NCBI GenBank assembly: GCA_963749495.1
Contig: CAVVMW010000022.1
Location: 160,001 to 224,000 of the forward strand
DNA from: an uncultured bacterium
GTDB taxonomy: Bacteria; Verrucomicrobiota; Verrucomicrobiia; Limisphaerales; UBA8199
Direction: 5' to 3'
DNA length: 64,000 bases
Part shown: one piece after another, positions 61,043-64,000 of the stretch
Position numbering within the stretch: the stretch's first letter is position 1
Layout of the letters: the number at the start of each line of letters is the position of its first letter
The notes under the pieces: model-generated
Told to the model about the DNA's origin: nothing
The model's input: only the letters and a program-made list of their open reading frames with translations
Databases searched by the model: none
Made by a program: the position numbers and the translations under genes

Positions 61043-61717
61043 ATGACACCGGATGCGGACAAGAAAAAACGAACGGTCTTCGTCGTGGACGATCACCCGC
61101 TGGTCCGCGAGTGGCTGGCCAACCTGATCAATCAGCAATCCGACCTCGCTGTGTGCGGAGAGGCCGCAACGGCGGCGGAGGCGATGCAGGGAGTCGAAAC
61201 CTTGAAGCCCGAGGTGGCAATCGTGGATATTGCGCTGGGAGACTCGTCCGGCATTGAGCTTATCAAGGACCTGAAGAAGGTCTGTCCCAATCTCGCAGTG
61301 CTGGTGCTCTCGATGCACGAGGAATCCCTATACGCCGAGCGGGCTCTCCGGGCGGGGGCCAAGAGTTACATCATGAAACGGGAGGCAACCCGGAAGATCA
61401 TCGAGGCGCTGCGGAAGGTCCTGGAGGGCAAGTTCTGCCTGAGCGACCCCATGACACAGGCCATCACGAGGCAATTCGTCGAGGGCAAGACGCTGCCTGC
61501 CCACTCGCCCATCGAGCTGCTCAGCGACCGTGAGCTGGCGGTCTTCGACTTGCTCGGCCAGGGCGTCGGGACCCGCCGTATCGCGGACATTCTTCACCTG
61601 AGCACCAAAACCATCCAGGCCTATTGCGCGCGCATCAAAGTAAAGCTCAACCTCGGCAGCGCCACCGAGTTGGTGCGCGAGGCCGTCCGCCACCGAGAGA
61701 CCAAGGGCACGGGGTGA
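61043..61717 (+). CDS. NarL/LuxR-family response regulator
   Basis: VVDDHPLVR, IVDI, LSMH, LSDRE...LHLSTKTI. Confidence 0.92.
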   Translation: MTPDADKKKRTVFVVDDHPLVREWLANLINQQSDLAVCGEAATAAEAMQGVETLKPEVAIVDIALGDSSGIELIKDLKKVCPNLAVLVLSMHEESLYAERALRAGAKSYIMKREATRKIIEALRKVLEGKFCLSDPMTQAITRQFVEGKTLPAHSPIELLSDRELAVFDLLGQGVGTRRIADILHLSTKTIQAYCARIKVKLNLGSATELVREAVRHRETKGTG

Positions 61718-61755
61718 GGGGGCAGGGCCTCCGTGAAGCCGGGAGCGGCACCCCG

Positions 61756-61913
61756 GGCGGACCCCTCACCCCGGCCCTCTCCCCTTCCGAAGGGGAGAGG
61801 GAGAAGCGTCGGCAGCCTCTGGGATTTCCTGGGGTCTCCGTTTCCTCAAGACGCTACGGAGAATTCTCCCTCTCCCCATCCGATGGGGAGAGGGCGGGGG
61901 TGAGGGGTCCGCC
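61756..61913. repeat. REP doublet (same family as 27760-27917)
   Basis: GGCGGACCCCTCACCCCGGCCCTCTCCCC...GGGGTGAGGGGTCCGCC. Confidence 0.85.
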
Positions 61914-61937
61914 GGGGTCTGTCTCCGCCTTCACTCA

Positions 61938-62139
61938 AGGCTGTTGACGAAGTAGTTTCTTGATGGCCAAAGCGGCGGAATGCGCCGCACCAGACGCTTC
62001 GCGAACAAAGGACGCGCGTCCGAGATGGCGAAGCCCTTGAGAGTGCGCGGCATTCCCGCGCTTTGGCTTCGAGGCGGCCAGACATGCCGAACACCAAGGC
62101 GGCCTGCCTGCCCGTTCGACAAACTTTGTCAACGGCCCT
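61938..62139. mobile_element. MITE-like element, family B copy 3, with different REP cargo
   Basis: AGGCTGTTGACGAAG / CTTTGTCAACGGCCCT ends; cargo CCAAAGCGGCGGAATGCGCCGCAC...GTGCGCGGCATTCCCGCGCTTTGG. Confidence 0.7.
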
Positions 62140-62531
62140 CCGCCTCCAGTTCCGCATCGGCTACCCCTCCTGCACGGTCAGCCGGAAAATCCCGTCACTG
62201 GCGAAGAGGAGCGCTTTGGGCCGCAAGCTCGAGAGGCCCGGCGCGTCCGTTGCTGGGCAGGGCTTGTTCCAAATGAAAATGGGCCACCTCTTTGGCCGTG
62301 TTCAGGCCCGGTTCACCGGTCCTCCGCCGTTTATCGGGAAAGTCCAACCAGGTTTTCGATGTGGTCAGCGGCGCATTAGAGGCCGCTTGGGCCATTGAAG
62401 CGCCTGGCCAGGCCTCCGGCGGAGGCAGTGCTTTCGGCAGTCGTCAGATCGGCCAGTGCGGAAGCCATTCTGTGGGCCTTGCGCTGGTTCGGTCTCAGCG
62501 GCAGAGACAAGTGACGGCCTTCTCGATCACC

Positions 62532-62720
62532 TCAGCGCATAAAAAACTTGCGTACAATCTCGCGCGGCGTCGCGATGCCCGGCGCTGTGACATCAAACGC
62601 CTGCAGCTCGAAGGTCAGCCGCTCGAAATCAATCCCGCGTAAATGCTCGTCGCTGGTCAAGAGCATCGAACAACCGAGCAAGGCGGATTCCGCCAGCGCT
62701 AGCGAATCGTTGACCTCTTG
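62532..62720 (-). pseudogene. PIN-domain toxin C-terminal remnant
   Basis: EVNDSLALAESALLGCSMLLTSDEHL; N-terminus absent. Confidence 0.6.
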
Positions 62721-62972
62721 TAAAGCTTCAGGAATTCCTCTCCGAGTCTTTCGCGCTCCGCGTCCGTCAACCTGTTGCACTCGGCTCGCATCTTCGCGCC
62801 GGCGGTGGTACCGACGGAGGCTTTCTCGTCTTGCGCTTTTTTTCGCTTCACAGGCCTACTCTAGCATGTGGAGGGGCCGTGTCAAAATCGGAGTTGGAGC
62901 CAATGCCCGGGCTCGGTTCTCTGCCTTCTCTTCGGGCTTTCTCAAGCCGATTCACCGGTCCTCCGCCGGTTG

Positions 62973-63353
62973 TCAGCAAAGCCCGAGGCTGAGGCGAACC
63001 TCGCCGCGCACCGCCCGGGCGTCCTTCACCGCGCGCCTTGCCTCAGCCTTGCTGGCGGTGACGCCAGGATACCGCAAGCGCACCGCATAATCCGAAAGTC
63101 GAGCGAGGGTCTTTTTCCAAGGCGCCCAGAGCGGCTCCAAAGGCAACACCTCCTTGAGCAGAGCCTCGCAATCATGGGTTCGGGGCACATGCCGGCCCGC
63201 CTCTTCAAGACGGGCCTTCAGATACTTCTCCGCGCACTGCTGGCAGTGGAAGCAAACGGAGTCAGCCAGCACTTTGTTGCAACGCATCAGCGCCAGCGCC
63301 GTTTCGAAGTCGTTCTCCGCCTTTTTGACCCACTCACGCGTTGCTGGCTTCAT
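62973..63353 (-). CDS. HEPN-domain protein (toxin of an MNT-HEPN pair)
   Basis: EWVKKAENDF...CFHCQQCAEKYLKA...PRTHD...RYPG. Confidence 0.9.
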   Translation of the reverse strand: MKPATREWVKKAENDFETALALMRCNKVLADSVCFHCQQCAEKYLKARLEEAGRHVPRTHDCEALLKEVLPLEPLWAPWKKTLARLSDYAVRLRYPGVTASKAEARRAVKDARAVRGEVRLSLGLC

Positions 63354-63765
63354 ACATGACCTTCCCCCCCTCAAAAACGTCGCGGGTGAAGCTGTCGTTC
63401 CAGGACAGGCGCTTCCGAGCATACGCCGGTGTCCAGACCAGGAGGTCCAACGCAAAGGGCGCCGCGCAGCGCTGTCGGATGGCTACCGACTGGCGCACCG
63501 GCCCGCTCCGGTGCGGCATAACGACGAGGAGATCCACGTCCGAGTCGGCCGTTGGCCGGCCATAGGCATAGGACCCAAACAGAATGATCTTCCCGGGACG
63601 GAAGGCGCGGACCAGCAGACGGCAATAGGCGGCGATTTGACCCATTCTTGGGCACGGCCCTGCGTTCGCGTGTCGCCGGGTGGCCCGTGGGGCTGAAGGC
63701 TGGGCGACGCTCCGAGCCGAGGCTTGAGCGAGACGCCGAACCGGGCTTCCTCGCAAGTTCTTCAT
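63334..63765 (-). CDS. Minimal nucleotidyltransferase (MNT) antitoxin
   Basis: IILFGSYAYG..DSDVDLLVV...GKVMYE; overlaps the HEPN start. Confidence 0.9.
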   Translation of the reverse strand: MKNLRGSPVRRLAQASARSVAQPSAPRATRRHANAGPCPRMGQIAAYCRLLVRAFRPGKIILFGSYAYGRPTADSDVDLLVVMPHRSGPVRQSVAIRQRCAAPFALDLLVWTPAYARKRLSWNDSFTRDVFEGGKVMYEASNA

Positions 63766-63875
63766 TCCGCTGCACCCTACAAAAGGCTGGCGGCAGGGTC
63801 AATGCAGTCCTGTGGGTTCGTTGGCGCTCGCCTCCCGGCTGGGCTTTTGGCATCTTCTCGCCTCGGGTTCGCCTT

Positions 63876-64000
63876 ATGCGCGTATTGATCATCGAAGACG
63901 ACGAGAAGACCGCCCGCGCGGTGGCATCCGGGCTGGAAACAGCCGGCTTTTCCGCCGCCACGGCCCACACTGGCGAGGAGGGGTTCTTTGTTCTCAATGC
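63876..64000 (+). CDS. OmpR/CusR-like response regulator, 5' part only
   Basis: MRVLIIEDDEKTARAVASGLETAGF...TGEEG runs off the window. Confidence 0.8.
   Translation, partial: MRVLIIEDDEKTARAVASGLETAGFSAATAHTGEEGFFVLN

Noticed and set aside
1..64000. CRISPR array or cas genes
   Set aside because: No regularly spaced 23-47-bp direct repeats with unique spacers and no cas-like ORFs were seen; repeats here are palindromic or short-period

Overview
GC-rich bacterial genomic window. Gene content points to Verrucomicrobiota (Pedosphaerales/Limisphaerales-like), by inference from the ECF-sigma/Ser-Thr kinase pair, secreted proteins ending in a 'FYRL/FFRL' domain, ThuA, GH95/GH2 and REP styles. About 11 single-base frameshifts in otherwise intact genes suggest an unpolished long-read assembly. 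Left to right: a decayed island downstream of tRNA-Arg(ACG) with gene remnants, an RCC1-repeat protein and a five-repeat HTH protein; ThuA, nadB and an ETF-quinone oxidoreductase; a patch of toxin-antitoxin/defence remnants around a disrupted ~1000-aa NACHT NTPase; a sugar locus (URO-D-like, SDR, MFS, GHL6-like); a stand-alone IF2-N protein; an ECF/STK-WD40/secreted-protein module; GH95 and GH2; a sensor kinase; a 1324-aa secreted multi-domain protein; a kdp operon with two small peptides, a truncated Asp->Glu KdpE-like receiver and no kdpD; a porin; a CzcA-type RND efflux operon; a NarL-family regulator and an MNT-HEPN pair. Intergenic DNA carries many REP/MITE-like and heptamer-repeat elements, several translated in frame inside proteins. 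No CRISPR array, rRNA or intact transposase was seen. All family assignments are by-eye motif recognition, not database searches.
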